NCBI RefSeq assembly: GCF_000009605.1
Contig: NC_002528.1
Coordinates: forward strand, 30,001-62,000
Direction of reading: 5' to 3'
Length of the DNA: 32,000 nucleotides
From: Buchnera aphidicola str. APS (Acyrthosiphon pisum)
Lineage (GTDB): Bacteria > Pseudomonadota > Gammaproteobacteria > Enterobacterales > Enterobacteriaceae
Below the pieces are notes generated by a model, which saw only the letters and a list, made by a program, of their open reading frames with translations, did not search any database and was not told the origin of the DNA. Both the position numbers and the translations under genes were made by a program. Below are positions 21,056 through 30,940 of the stretch, one piece after another (position 1 is the stretch's first letter; every line of letters starts with the position of its first letter).

Positions 21056-22201
21056 TTAATAACAAAATTTATTTATTAATTTAGTAATAATGTTTTTTGT
21101 GGGTTGAATAAAATAATGTTCTAAATATTCATCTGGCTGATGTGCTTGTTCAATAGAACCTGGTCCTAATATTAAAGTAGGTGCAATTCTTTGAAGAAAA
21201 GGTGCTTCTGTACAGTAATTTACTGCTGCACTATTGAGTTGACATAATTTTTCGACTATTTTAATAGTTCCGCTATTATGCGGACATTCATAAGCAGGAA
21301 CAGAAGAAAAAAGTTTTTTAATAAAGATACGATGAGACCATTTTTTCATGATTGTTTCTAATTTTTCTTTAATTACAATTTCAATTTGTGTTAAAGTGAG
21401 TCCAGGTATGGGTCTTATTTCAAAATTTAATATACATAAAGGACAAATTCGATTAATTGCACTACCTCCGTGTATAGAAGATAAATTCATGGTTGGATAT
21501 GGAATAGAAAAGTTTGGATGCTGGTATTCTTCTTTAAAATACTTTTTCAAAATCAATAAAGAACGAATAACATCATGCATAATTTCAATACTATTCACAC
21601 CATGATCAGGATTACTAGAGTGTCCCGTATCTCCAATGACTTTAATTGAATAAGACATGTGACCTTTATGTGCATTGATTAGCTTTAAAGATGTTGGTTC
21701 TCCAATTATTATGCAATCTGGTTTAATAATAGTCGATTGTATAAAATTTCTAGCTCCAGACATATCTGTTTCTTCGTTAGCAGTAGCAAGAATATAAATT
21801 GGTTTATTTATTTTTTTTATATTTATAGAAGATATTACTTCTAATATAAGAGCAAAAAACCCTTTCATATCTACGGCTCCTAATCCATAAAATTTATTGT
21901 TAGTTTCAGTTAATTTGAAAGGATCTTTTGTCCATTTTTTTTCATCAAAATCTACCGTATCTGAATGTCCAGACAATAAAAGACCGCCATTTCCTGAACC
22001 AACACAAGCTAACATGTTATACTTATCAGTATGTGGAATTTGATAATTTTTTACTGAAAAATTTAAATCAGAAAAGTAGTTAGACAGTAGATCAATGAAA
22101 TTTTTATTACTTTGATCAAGTAGTTTGTTATTACTGCTAATTGTAGGAATTTGAATTAGTGACTTATAAACTTCAATAAAAGAAGGTATTTTTCTTATCA
22201 T
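21056..22201 (-). CDS. argE: Acetylornithine deacetylase
   Basis: 381 aa M20-family peptidase (..LLSGHSDTV.., ..GLGAVDMKGFFA.., ..ATANEETDMSGA..). It is divergent from argC, as in the enterobacterial argECBH cluster. Confidence 0.93.
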   Translation of the reverse strand: MIRKIPSFIEVYKSLIQIPTISSNNKLLDQSNKNFIDLLSNYFSDLNFSVKNYQIPHTDKYNMLACVGSGNGGLLLSGHSDTVDFDEKKWTKDPFKLTETNNKFYGLGAVDMKGFFALILEVISSINIKKINKPIYILATANEETDMSGARNFIQSTIIKPDCIIIGEPTSLKLINAHKGHMSYSIKVIGDTGHSSNPDHGVNSIEIMHDVIRSLLILKKYFKEEYQHPNFSIPYPTMNLSSIHGGSAINRICPLCILNFEIRPIPGLTLTQIEIVIKEKLETIMKKWSHRIFIKKLFSSVPAYECPHNSGTIKIVEKLCQLNSAAVNYCTEAPFLQRIAPTLILGPGSIEQAHQPDEYLEHYFIQPTKNIITKLINKFCY

Positions 22202-22361
22202 ACTAGAATTTTAAAAATTTATATTATTATTGTAATGTAAAATATTTTATTCATAAATAGATAATTGATCAATATTTTAATAATATAAAATATATTTTTT
22301 ATAAAATTTAATACATTATTTTATCTATAAAAGAGTAATTTTTTTAAGGTTTATTAATTTT

Positions 22362-23366
22362 ATGTTAAATGTAGTAATTGTTGGTGCTAGTGGATATGCT
22401 GGCGCAGAATTGGTTAACTATATGCACCGTCATAGGTTTGCTAATATAAAAAAAATATTTGTATCAAAAAATAGTTTAAATATAGATAAATTGTTTTCGG
22501 ATGTTCATCAACAATTTAAAAATATTGTGGATCTCAGATTTGATACAATACGTAATTGTACTTTAATTAAAAAAAATATTGATGCTGTTTTTTTAGCTAC
22601 AGATCATCGTGTTAGTCATTCTCTTGTTCCTTTTTTTTTATCGTCTAATTGTATTGTTTTTGATTTGTCTGCTTCTTACAGAATGAACAATAAAAAAGTG
22701 TATTTGGATTATTATGGCTTTGTTCATGAATATGAAGAACTTTTAAAAAATTCAGTTTATGGATTAGCAGAATGGGAACAAGAAAAAATTAAAAAAGCAA
22801 ATCTGATTGCATTACCTGGGTGTTATGCAACTTGCATTCAATTAGCGCTCAAACCTCTTATAAAAGAAAATGTTCTTTGCGATAAAAATATACCAATTAT
22901 TAACGCTATTAGTGGTGTTAGTGGTGCCGGTAGAAAAGCTTCTTTAAATAATAGTTTTTGCGAAGTAAGTTTACAACCATATAATATTTTCACTCATCGT
23001 CATACGCCTGAAATTATAGAAAAATTAGGTGTTCCAGTAATTTTTATCCCACATTTAGGCCCTTTTTCTCGAGGTATAATTGCAACTATTACATGCAAAT
23101 TAAAACCTAATGTTAAATCAATTGATATACACAATATTTTCAATAAATTCTATAAAAATAAACCGTTAATTCGTATATATAAAAAATATTTACCTAGTAT
23201 TAAATCAGTTGAAAAACAACCATTTTGTGATATTGGATTTGTAATTAAGGACGACTATATAGTAATTGTGGCAGCAGAAGATAATTTGTTAAAGGGTGCT
23301 GCTGCTCAAGCAGTACAATGTTTTAATGTTCGTTTTGGTTTTTCTGAAACGGAATCAATTATTTAA
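22362..23366 (+). CDS. argC: N-acetyl-gamma-glutamyl-phosphate reductase
   Basis: 334 aa. It has an N-terminal [10 protein letters not shown] Rossmann motif, the catalytic-Cys region ..ALPGCYATC.., and ..[18 protein letters not shown].. Confidence 0.96.
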
Positions 23367-23386
23367 TTAATAATCAGGCGTTGATA

Positions 23387-24160
23387 ATGAATCCTTTAGT
23401 TATTAAATTAGGCGGAGTACTTTTAGAAAGTGACGATGCTATGAAGCGTTTATTTGAAGCTTTAGTTGATTATCAGAAATTTTATAAGCGTCATGTGTCA
23501 GTGATTCATGGGGGAGGTCGTTTAATTGACAATTTAATGAATAAACTGTCTTTACCAGTTAAAAAGAAAAATGGCTTACGTATTACTCCGTCTGAACATA
23601 TCAATATTATTACAGGAGCTTTAGCTGGAACTGCTAACAAAACTTTACTTGCGTGGGCATTAAAATATAATATTAATGCTATTGGATTATGTTTAGCAGA
23701 TGGAGGAAGTGTTGATGTAGAAAGATTAGATGAAAATTTAGGTCATGTAGGTAAAGCGATACCGGGATCACCATTATTTTTAAAAAAACTCTTTAAAGAA
23801 GGTACTATTCCAATTATTAGTTCTATAGGAATTACTAAAGATGGTTTATTAATGAATGTAAATGCTGATTTAGCAGCAACAGCTTTAGCAACCACTTTAC
23901 AAGCTAATTTAATTTTATTATCTGATATAAGTTCGATATTAGACGGCAAGGGACAAAGAATCACAGAAATTGATAGCATTCAAGCTGAAAAATTGATTAT
24001 GCAAGGAATTATTACTAATGGTATGATTGTTAAAGTACGTGCTGCTTTAGAAGCTGCTCGAGTTTTACGTCGTCCTGTAGATATAGCAAGTTGGCAAAAT
24101 ACAGAAAAATTAAAATTATTATTTAATGGTGTGAATATTGGCACTCGAGTTTATGTATGA
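23387..24160 (+). CDS. argB: Acetylglutamate kinase
   Basis: [26 protein letters not shown]...VIHGGG matches E. coli ArgB. I prefer the ATG at 23387, with the aggcg SD 7-8 nt upstream, over the TTG at 23381 given in the ORF track. Confidence 0.95.
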
Positions 24161-24189
24161 TATTACTATAAATATAGTAGGTTTAAAAA

Positions 24190-25401
24190 ATGATAAGAAA
24201 AAAAAATAATAAAGTTGTTTTAGCTTATTCTGGCGGTTTAGATACTTCTGCAATTATTCCATGGCTTAAAGAAAATTATAATTTTGAAGTTGTTGCTTTT
24301 GTAGCAGACATAGGACAATCAAAAAAAGATTTAAATGGAATTGAAAAAAAATCTTTAGAATCTGGCGCATCTAGTTGTCATGTTTTTGATTTAAAAGAAG
24401 AATTTATAGAAAATTATGTCTATCCTGTACTAAAAACTGGAGCTTTATATGAAGGCAGTTATTTGTTAGGAACAGCAATGGCCAGACCTATTATTGCAAA
24501 GAAACAAGTAGAACTCGCATTGAATATTGGAGCAAATTCACTATGTCATGGTGCTACTGGGAAAGGAAATGACCAAGTACGTTTTGAAATGGCTTATGCC
24601 GCTTTAGCTCCGAATTTAAATGTAATTGCACCGTGGCGGGAATGGAATCTTAATTCACGAGAATCATTATTAAAATATTTAGATAAAAAAAACATCTCTA
24701 CAACAGCAACATTAGAAAAAATATATAGTAAAGATGAAAATTCCTGGCATATTTCAACTGAAGGAGGTTTGCTAGAAAATCCTTGGAATCAATCTAATGA
24801 AGATTGTTGGAGCTGGACGGTTAATCCTGAGGATGCTCCAGAAAAACCGGAATATGTTTCATTGCAATTAAAAGAAGGCTGCGTAGTATCCGTTAACAAT
24901 CAAAAATTAAATCCGTTAAAATGTGTAGAAGAATTAAATAGTTTAGGTGCTAAACATGGAATTGGTAGAATTGATATTATTGAAAATAGATTAATTGGAA
25001 TGAAATCTAGGGGATGTTATGAAACACCTGGAGGTACTATTATTATGACAGCTATAAAAGCCATCGAACAGTTAGTTTTAGATCGTGAAAGTTTTCGATG
25101 GAGGGAAAAAATAGGTTTAGAAATGTCATCTATTGTTTATGACGGACGTTGGTTTTCTCCAATACGTAAATCTTTACAAGCCGCTGCTGATTCATTGTCT
25201 TTGGAAATAACTGGAGAAGTAATATTAAAATTATATAAAGGCTCTGTCACAGCTGTTCAGAAAAAATCTCCTAATTCCTTATATTCTGAAGAATATGCCA
25301 CTTTTGGTGAGGATAAAGTGTATAAGCAATCTGATGCAGATGGTTTTATTCGTCTTTTTTCTCTTTCTTCAAAGATACGAGCACAAAATATGTTGAAGTA
25401 G
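24190..25401 (+). CDS. argG: Argininosuccinate synthase (short, about 400-aa type)
   Basis: 403 aa. It has the ATP-PPase motif AYSGGLDTS, ..[14 protein letters not shown].. and ..[18 protein letters not shown].. Confidence 0.96.
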   Translation: MIRKKNNKVVLAYSGGLDTSAIIPWLKENYNFEVVAFVADIGQSKKDLNGIEKKSLESGASSCHVFDLKEEFIENYVYPVLKTGALYEGSYLLGTAMARPIIAKKQVELALNIGANSLCHGATGKGNDQVRFEMAYAALAPNLNVIAPWREWNLNSRESLLKYLDKKNISTTATLEKIYSKDENSWHISTEGGLLENPWNQSNEDCWSWTVNPEDAPEKPEYVSLQLKEGCVVSVNNQKLNPLKCVEELNSLGAKHGIGRIDIIENRLIGMKSRGCYETPGGTIIMTAIKAIEQLVLDRESFRWREKIGLEMSSIVYDGRWFSPIRKSLQAAADSLSLEITGEVILKLYKGSVTAVQKKSPNSLYSEEYATFGEDKVYKQSDADGFIRLFSLSSKIRAQNMLK

Positions 25402-25472
25402 TTTTAAAAAAGTCACAAATATATTTACAGAATTTTACATTTAATTTTTTCAGTTTTTTATAGAGATAATAT

Positions 25473-26852
25473 ATGGGACTTTGGGGTGGACGATTCATTA
25501 ATGAATCTAATAAATTATTTAAAGAATTTAATAGATCTTTATCTTTTGATTATATTTTAGCAGAAGAAGATGTAATTTCTTCAGTTGCTTGGTCTAAAAT
25601 TTTAATGAAAAGCAAGATTATTACTGAAAAAGAACAGATTACAATAGAGTCTGCACTTTTTGAACTACTTAAAGAAATTAAAGAGAATAATCAAAAAATC
25701 CTTAAAAGCAAGTGCGAAGATATTCATAGCTGGATAGAAGAAAAGCTTATTCAAAAAATTGGTATATTAGGTAAAAAATTACATACTGGTCGGAGTAGAA
25801 ATGATCAAATTACTACTGATTTAAAATTATGGTGTAGAAAGAAAATTCATCTTTTATTAGAAAATATTATTGAACTGCAAAAAACATTTATTTTAAGTGC
25901 TGAGTCTAATCATAATATCATCATGCCAGGATATACTCATCTACAACGAGCTCAACCGATTACTTTTTCCTATTGGTGTTTAGCTTATGTTGAAATGTTC
26001 AGACGAGATTTCAGTCGTTTAAAAGACGTCCTGAAACGATTAAACGTTAGTCCTCTAGGTTCTGCTGCTCTTTCTGGAACCGCATGGAAAATCAATCGTG
26101 AAGAATTAGCTTTATCTATGGGATTTGACTCTGCAACTAACAATGCGCTTGATACTGTTTCTGATCGAGATTATGTCGTTGAATTATTGTCCTCTGCATC
26201 AATTAGTATGATGCATCTATCACGTTTTTCTGAAGATATAATTTTTTTTAATTCTGGTGAAGCTGATTTTATTGAATTATCTGATACAATTACATCGGGT
26301 TCATCATTAATGCCTCAGAAAAAAAATCCAGATGCACTAGAACTTATTCGAGCCAAATGTGGTCGTGTTCATGGTTCATTGATTTCTATTTTAGTTATAT
26401 TAAAATCCCTTCCTTTATCTTATAATAAAGATATGCAAGAAGATAAAGAAGGTTTATTTGATTCAATAAAAACATGGAATGATTGTTTATGTATGGCTAT
26501 TTTAGTATTGAAGAACATGCAAATAAAAAATGAATCATGTCGTAAAGCTGCAGAAGAAGGATATTCTAATGCAACAGAAATCGCGGATTATTTGGTAAAA
26601 AAAGGAATTGCTTTTCGTGAAGCACATAATATATCGGGTCAATTAGTTCTTAGAGCTATTAGCGAGAAAAAATCTTTAAACGAACTGAAACTATCTGTTT
26701 TTCAAATGTATAGTAATCTCATAAAAAATGATATATATAAAAATATTACTTTAGAATCCTGTCTTGAAAAAAGAATGTCTAAAGGTGGTGTTGCACCATC
26801 TCAAGTATATGAAGAAATTATAAAAGCAAAAAAAAGATTGAATATTTTTTAA
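25473..26852 (+). CDS. argH: Argininosuccinate lyase
   Basis: 459 aa. MGLWGGRF.., ..HTGRSRNDQ.., ..[10 protein letters not shown].. and the signature ..[18 protein letters not shown].. are colinear with E. coli ArgH. Confidence 0.97.
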
Positions 26853-26871
26853 AGTAGGATACTTGTTAACT

Positions 26872-26896
26872 AGCATTTAAAAATTATTTAAATGCT
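26872..26896 (+). terminator. Perfect 10-bp hairpin after argH (candidate arg operon terminator or RNA structure)
   Basis: agcatttaaa (26872-26881) pairs with tttaaatgct (26887-26896) around a 5-nt loop, 20 nt after the argH stop. No T-run follows. Confidence 0.35.
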
Positions 26897-26933
26897 GAGT
26901 TAATAACCTTATCAAGTATAGGAGAGTGGATAT

Positions 26934-27368
26934 ATGCAGGATGTAATATTTTTCTTGAGTAAACACATTTTACTAATTAGTATATGGATTTTTTGTTTTA
27001 TTGCAGCCGTTTTTTTTATAACTAGAACTCTTTTGTCGAAATCTAAAATGATTAATAATTTTCAAGCAATTAAATTAATTAATCAAGATAAAGCTATTGT
27101 TGTTGATACTCGTTCTTTAGAATCATTCAAAGAGGGTCATATTCTTAATTCTATTAATGTTCCGTTAAAAAATATTTTTTTAGGAAAAATTAAAGAGATA
27201 GAAATATATAAAATGTTTCCTATTATTCTTGTATTAAGTGACACATATAAAGTTAATGCATGTATTAAAAAGTTTTTTGAATATGGATTTAATCGTGTTT
27301 ATATTTTAAAAAATGGTCTATATTATTGGAAGACAGACAATCTTCCACTTATTGTTAACGATAAATGA
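26934..27368 (+). CDS. yibN: Membrane-anchored rhodanese-domain protein YibN
   Basis: 144 aa with an N-terminal hydrophobic helix (LLISIWIFCFIAAVFFI) followed by a rhodanese-like domain (..AIVVDTRSLESFKEGHILNSINVP..). Its position upstream of secB matches E. coli yibN-grxC-secB. Confidence 0.8.
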   Translation: MQDVIFFLSKHILLISIWIFCFIAAVFFITRTLLSKSKMINNFQAIKLINQDKAIVVDTRSLESFKEGHILNSINVPLKNIFLGKIKEIEIYKMFPIILVLSDTYKVNACIKKFFEYGFNRVYILKNGLYYWKTDNLPLIVNDK

Positions 27369-27474
27369 TTTTAAAAAGTATAAAATGATCTTTTTATTAA
27401 AATATCTTCTTTATAAATTAATTTTATAAACAATATCAACTTATATCTTTTTATTATTTTTTTTTGGATCCGTT

Positions 27475-27903
27475 ATGTTAGAAGAAAAAAAAAAACAAGA
27501 ATCTTTTGAAATCCAACGTATTTATATAAAAGATGTTTCCTTTGAAGCTCCGAATACACCAAATATTTTTCATGTTAATTGGATTCCTACCATTAAATTA
27601 AATTTAAATACTACTACTAAAAAAATAAAAGAAAATATTTTTGAAGTTGTTTTAATGGTTAAAGTAACAGTTAAAATTAAAGAAGACTTAGTTTTTTTAT
27701 GTGATATAGATCAAGCTGGTATTTTTTTTATTGCAAACATTAATGAGAAAAGATTAAAACATTGTTTATATTCTTACTGTCCAAATATTCTATTTCCCTA
27801 TGCGCGTACATGTATATCTAATCTAGTATCTTGTGGCAGTTTTCCACAGATGAATCTCGCTCCTATTAATTTTGATGCTCTCTATCATGATCATATTAAA
27901 TAA
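27475..27903 (+). CDS. secB: Protein-export chaperone SecB
   Basis: 142 aa. ..FEIQRIYIKDVSFEAPNTPNIF.. and ..CPNILFPYARTCISNLVSCGSFPQMNLAPINFDALY.. match E. coli SecB. Confidence 0.95.
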   Translation: MLEEKKKQESFEIQRIYIKDVSFEAPNTPNIFHVNWIPTIKLNLNTTTKKIKENIFEVVLMVKVTVKIKEDLVFLCDIDQAGIFFIANINEKRLKHCLYSYCPNILFPYARTCISNLVSCGSFPQMNLAPINFDALYHDHIK

Positions 27904-28004
27904 AAAAAATATAAAAATATAAATTACGAATATACTCATTTTTATAAGATAATAATATAATTTTTTAGTATAAAAATACTATAAATATTTTGTAGGAGAA
28001 AATT

Positions 28005-28829
28005 ATGTGTATTTTGAAAATATCAAGAATATGGAATAAAATACTCTACGATGTTTCTTTTTTATTAAAAAAAGAACCAATTTTATCAGATTTTTACCAA
28101 AGTAGTATTTTACAACACCAAAGTTTTACAAGTTCTTTAAGTTATATATTATCAAATAAATTATCTACATCTATGATTTCTGAAAAGAAAATACAAGGTA
28201 TATTTGATGATGTATATCTGAATGATCGTTCTATTTTAAATTTTATAGTGCAAGATATTAAGGCTGTACTAAAACGAGATCCAGCAGTAAATGATTATTT
28301 AACACCTTTACTTTATTTAAAAGGTTTCCATGCACTAGAAGCTTATAGAATAAGTCATTATCTCTGGAATACAGGGAAAAAATCATTATCTCTGTATCTG
28401 CAAAGTAGAATCTCTTCTGAATTTTCTGTAGATATTCATCCAGCAGCGTTTATTGGATCTGGTGTAATGCTTGATCATGCAACTGGCATTGTAATCGGAG
28501 AAGGTGTGACTATAGAAAATGATGTATCAATTCTTCATTCGGTTACTTTAGGAGGAACTGGTAAAAACTTTAGCCAAAATAGACATCCTACTATTAGAAA
28601 AGGCGTTGTTATAGGGGCGGGTGCCAAAATTTTAGGAAATATTGAAGTAGGTTCAGGCGCGAAAATAGGTGCGGGATCAATAGTTTTAAAAAATGTTCCT
28701 TCAGATGTAACAGTTGTAGGAGTACCAGCGAAAATTGTTAGTCAAGTATCTAGTAAAAAGTATTATTCTCAGAAGAAAAAAAATAGTTTAAAATATATAA
28801 ATATATTTCAACACGGAGATGGTATTTAA
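28005..28829 (+). CDS. cysE: Serine O-acetyltransferase
   Basis: 274 aa. ..RDPAVNDYLTPLLYLKGFHALEAYRISHYLW.., ..DIHPAAFIGSGVMLDHATGIVIGE.., the hexapeptide repeats and the C-terminal ..GDGI match E. coli CysE. An aggag SD is upstream. Confidence 0.96.
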   Translation: MCILKISRIWNKILYDVSFLLKKEPILSDFYQSSILQHQSFTSSLSYILSNKLSTSMISEKKIQGIFDDVYLNDRSILNFIVQDIKAVLKRDPAVNDYLTPLLYLKGFHALEAYRISHYLWNTGKKSLSLYLQSRISSEFSVDIHPAAFIGSGVMLDHATGIVIGEGVTIENDVSILHSVTLGGTGKNFSQNRHPTIRKGVVIGAGAKILGNIEVGSGAKIGAGSIVLKNVPSDVTVVGVPAKIVSQVSSKKYYSQKKKNSLKYINIFQHGDGI

Positions 28830-28840
28830 TTTATTTCTTA

Positions 28841-28919
28841 TATAAAATAAAAACTTCTGTTTTGTTCGAAAAAAATATAGTGGTTAGACTAATACCAGTA
28901 CAGAAGCTTTATTTTATAT
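28841..28919. terminator. Long inverted repeat between convergent cysE and rpoD (candidate bidirectional terminator)
   Basis: tataaaataaaaacttctgt (28841-28860) is near-complementary to acagaagctttattttata (28900-28918), with a loop of about 39 nt. It occupies most of the 105-bp convergent spacer. Confidence 0.3.
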
Positions 28920-28934
28920 TTAATTCTTCTATTT

Positions 28935-30773
28935 TTAATCGTCTAAAAAACTGCGCAAAACTTCTGATCTGCTGGGATGACGTAGTTTTCTAAGTGCTTT
29001 TGCTTCTATTTGACGAATTCTCTCTCGAGTAACATCAAATTGTTTTCCAACTTCTTCTAAAGTGTGATCAGTATTCATATCTATTCCAAAGCGCATACGG
29101 AGTACTTTTGCTTCACGAGCTGTTAAACCTGATAGAACATCATGTGTTGCAGAACGTAAACTTTCAGAGGTAGCAGAGTCTAATGGTAATTCCAAAGTAG
29201 TATCTTCAATAAAATCACCTAAATGTGAATCATCATCATCTCCAATAGGTGTTTCCATTGAGATCGGTTCTTTGGCTATTTTCAATACTTTTCTAATTTT
29301 ATCTTCAGGAATAAGCATTTTTTCAGAAAGTTCTTCTGGAGTCGGTTCTCGACCTATTTCTTGTAACATTTGTCTAGAAATACGATTGAGTTTATTAATA
29401 GTTTCAATCATATGTACTGGAATACGAATTGTACGAGCTTGATCAGCAATAGATCGAGTAATAGCTTGTCGAATCCACCAAGTAGCATAAGTTGAAAACT
29501 TATAACCACGACGGTATTCAAATTTATCTACAGCTTTCATTAAACCAATATTTCCTTCTTGAATTAAGTCTAAAAACTGTAGTCCTCTATTCGTATATTT
29601 TTTTGCGATAGAAATAACTAATCGTAAATTAGCTTCGACCATTTCTTTTTTCGCTCGTCTAGCTTTTGCTTCTCCAATAGACATTCTTTTATTAATATCT
29701 TTTACTTGTTCAATTGTTAAGCCAGTTTCTTCTTCTATTTTAATTAATTTTTTCACACTAATAAACACATCTTCTTTAACTTTTTTTAAGTTTTCAGACC
29801 ATGGTTGATTTGTATTTTGTTCTCTTATAAACCAAAGATAGTTAATTTTTTTTATTGGAAAAATTTTAATAAAATTTTTTTTTGGCATTTTACATATTTC
29901 AACACATAATTTTATAATAATTCTTTCTTGTTTTCGTACTCTTTCCATCATATGTCTCATATTATTAACTAAATGATCAAATTGTTTTGGAACTAGTCGA
30001 AATTGTTTAAAAACTTCTGAAAGATTGTAAATTTCTAATAATGAATCTTTATGTGTTCGATTTTTATTTTTAATTGTATTATTTGTATTATTATATTGTA
30101 TACGTAATTCAGAAAATTTTTCATTAGCTAATTCTGGATCAATACTATGATCATCTTCATGATCTTCTTGATTGTTTTCTTCGTCTTCTTCATTATTTTG
30201 TTGTTCATCAAGAAGTTCAGAACCTATATGAATAGCTGTAGGGGGGAAAATTTCTTCTGCATTGGGATCTACAAAACCTGTTATTATATCTGATAATCGT
30301 ATTTGTCCAGTTTTAACACGATCATATTGTTCAAGAAGATATGTAATGGCTTCTGGATACTCTGATACTGAGCATTGAACCTGATTAATGCCTTCTTCAA
30401 TACGTTTAGCAATATCAATTTCTCCTTCTCGTGTGAGTAATTCAACAGTACCCATTTCTCTCATATACATGCGTACAGGATCAGTAGTTCGTCCTAATTC
30501 AGATTCTACACTAGATAGTACCTGAGTTGCTGCTTCAACTGCATCTTCATCTGTATCTGTATTGATTTCATTTAATATTAGATCGTCAGCATCAGGTGCT
30601 TCTTCAACTACTGGAATGCCCATGTCATTAATCATCTGAATAATATCATCGATTTGTTCAGAATCAATAATGTCTTCTGGTAGATGATCATTCACTTCAG
30701 AATAGGTTAAATACCCTTGCTCCTTACCATGTGTGACAAGTAGCTTAAGTTGCGACTGTGGGTTTTGATCCAT
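28935..30773 (-). CDS. rpoD: RNA polymerase primary sigma factor sigma-70
   Basis: 612 aa. It has an acidic region 1, the conserved regions 2-4 (..[32 protein letters not shown].., ..[32 protein letters not shown]..) and ends ..LRSFLDD, as E. coli RpoD does. Confidence 0.98.
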   Translation of the reverse strand: MDQNPQSQLKLLVTHGKEQGYLTYSEVNDHLPEDIIDSEQIDDIIQMINDMGIPVVEEAPDADDLILNEINTDTDEDAVEAATQVLSSVESELGRTTDPVRMYMREMGTVELLTREGEIDIAKRIEEGINQVQCSVSEYPEAITYLLEQYDRVKTGQIRLSDIITGFVDPNAEEIFPPTAIHIGSELLDEQQNNEEDEENNQEDHEDDHSIDPELANEKFSELRIQYNNTNNTIKNKNRTHKDSLLEIYNLSEVFKQFRLVPKQFDHLVNNMRHMMERVRKQERIIIKLCVEICKMPKKNFIKIFPIKKINYLWFIREQNTNQPWSENLKKVKEDVFISVKKLIKIEEETGLTIEQVKDINKRMSIGEAKARRAKKEMVEANLRLVISIAKKYTNRGLQFLDLIQEGNIGLMKAVDKFEYRRGYKFSTYATWWIRQAITRSIADQARTIRIPVHMIETINKLNRISRQMLQEIGREPTPEELSEKMLIPEDKIRKVLKIAKEPISMETPIGDDDDSHLGDFIEDTTLELPLDSATSESLRSATHDVLSGLTAREAKVLRMRFGIDMNTDHTLEEVGKQFDVTRERIRQIEAKALRKLRHPSRSEVLRSFLDD

Positions 30774-30940
30774 AATGTGGTATCCGGAATTCTATTAATT
30801 GAATGAATATTAATTGACTTTTTTGTCAATGATGAATAATAATAAAATTATTTTTAATATTTAAATAAATTAAAGAGTTTTTTAATTCATTAAACTTTTA
30901 GTATATTTAATTTTTATTATATTTTTTAATAAGTATAATT

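Noticed and set aside
23381-23386. The TTG start for argB given in the ORF track (MIMNPL..).
   Set aside because: The ATG at 23387 gives [10 protein letters not shown], matching the E. coli ArgB N-terminus. It has the aggcg SD at proper spacing, whereas the TTG would sit only 1-2 nt from that SD.
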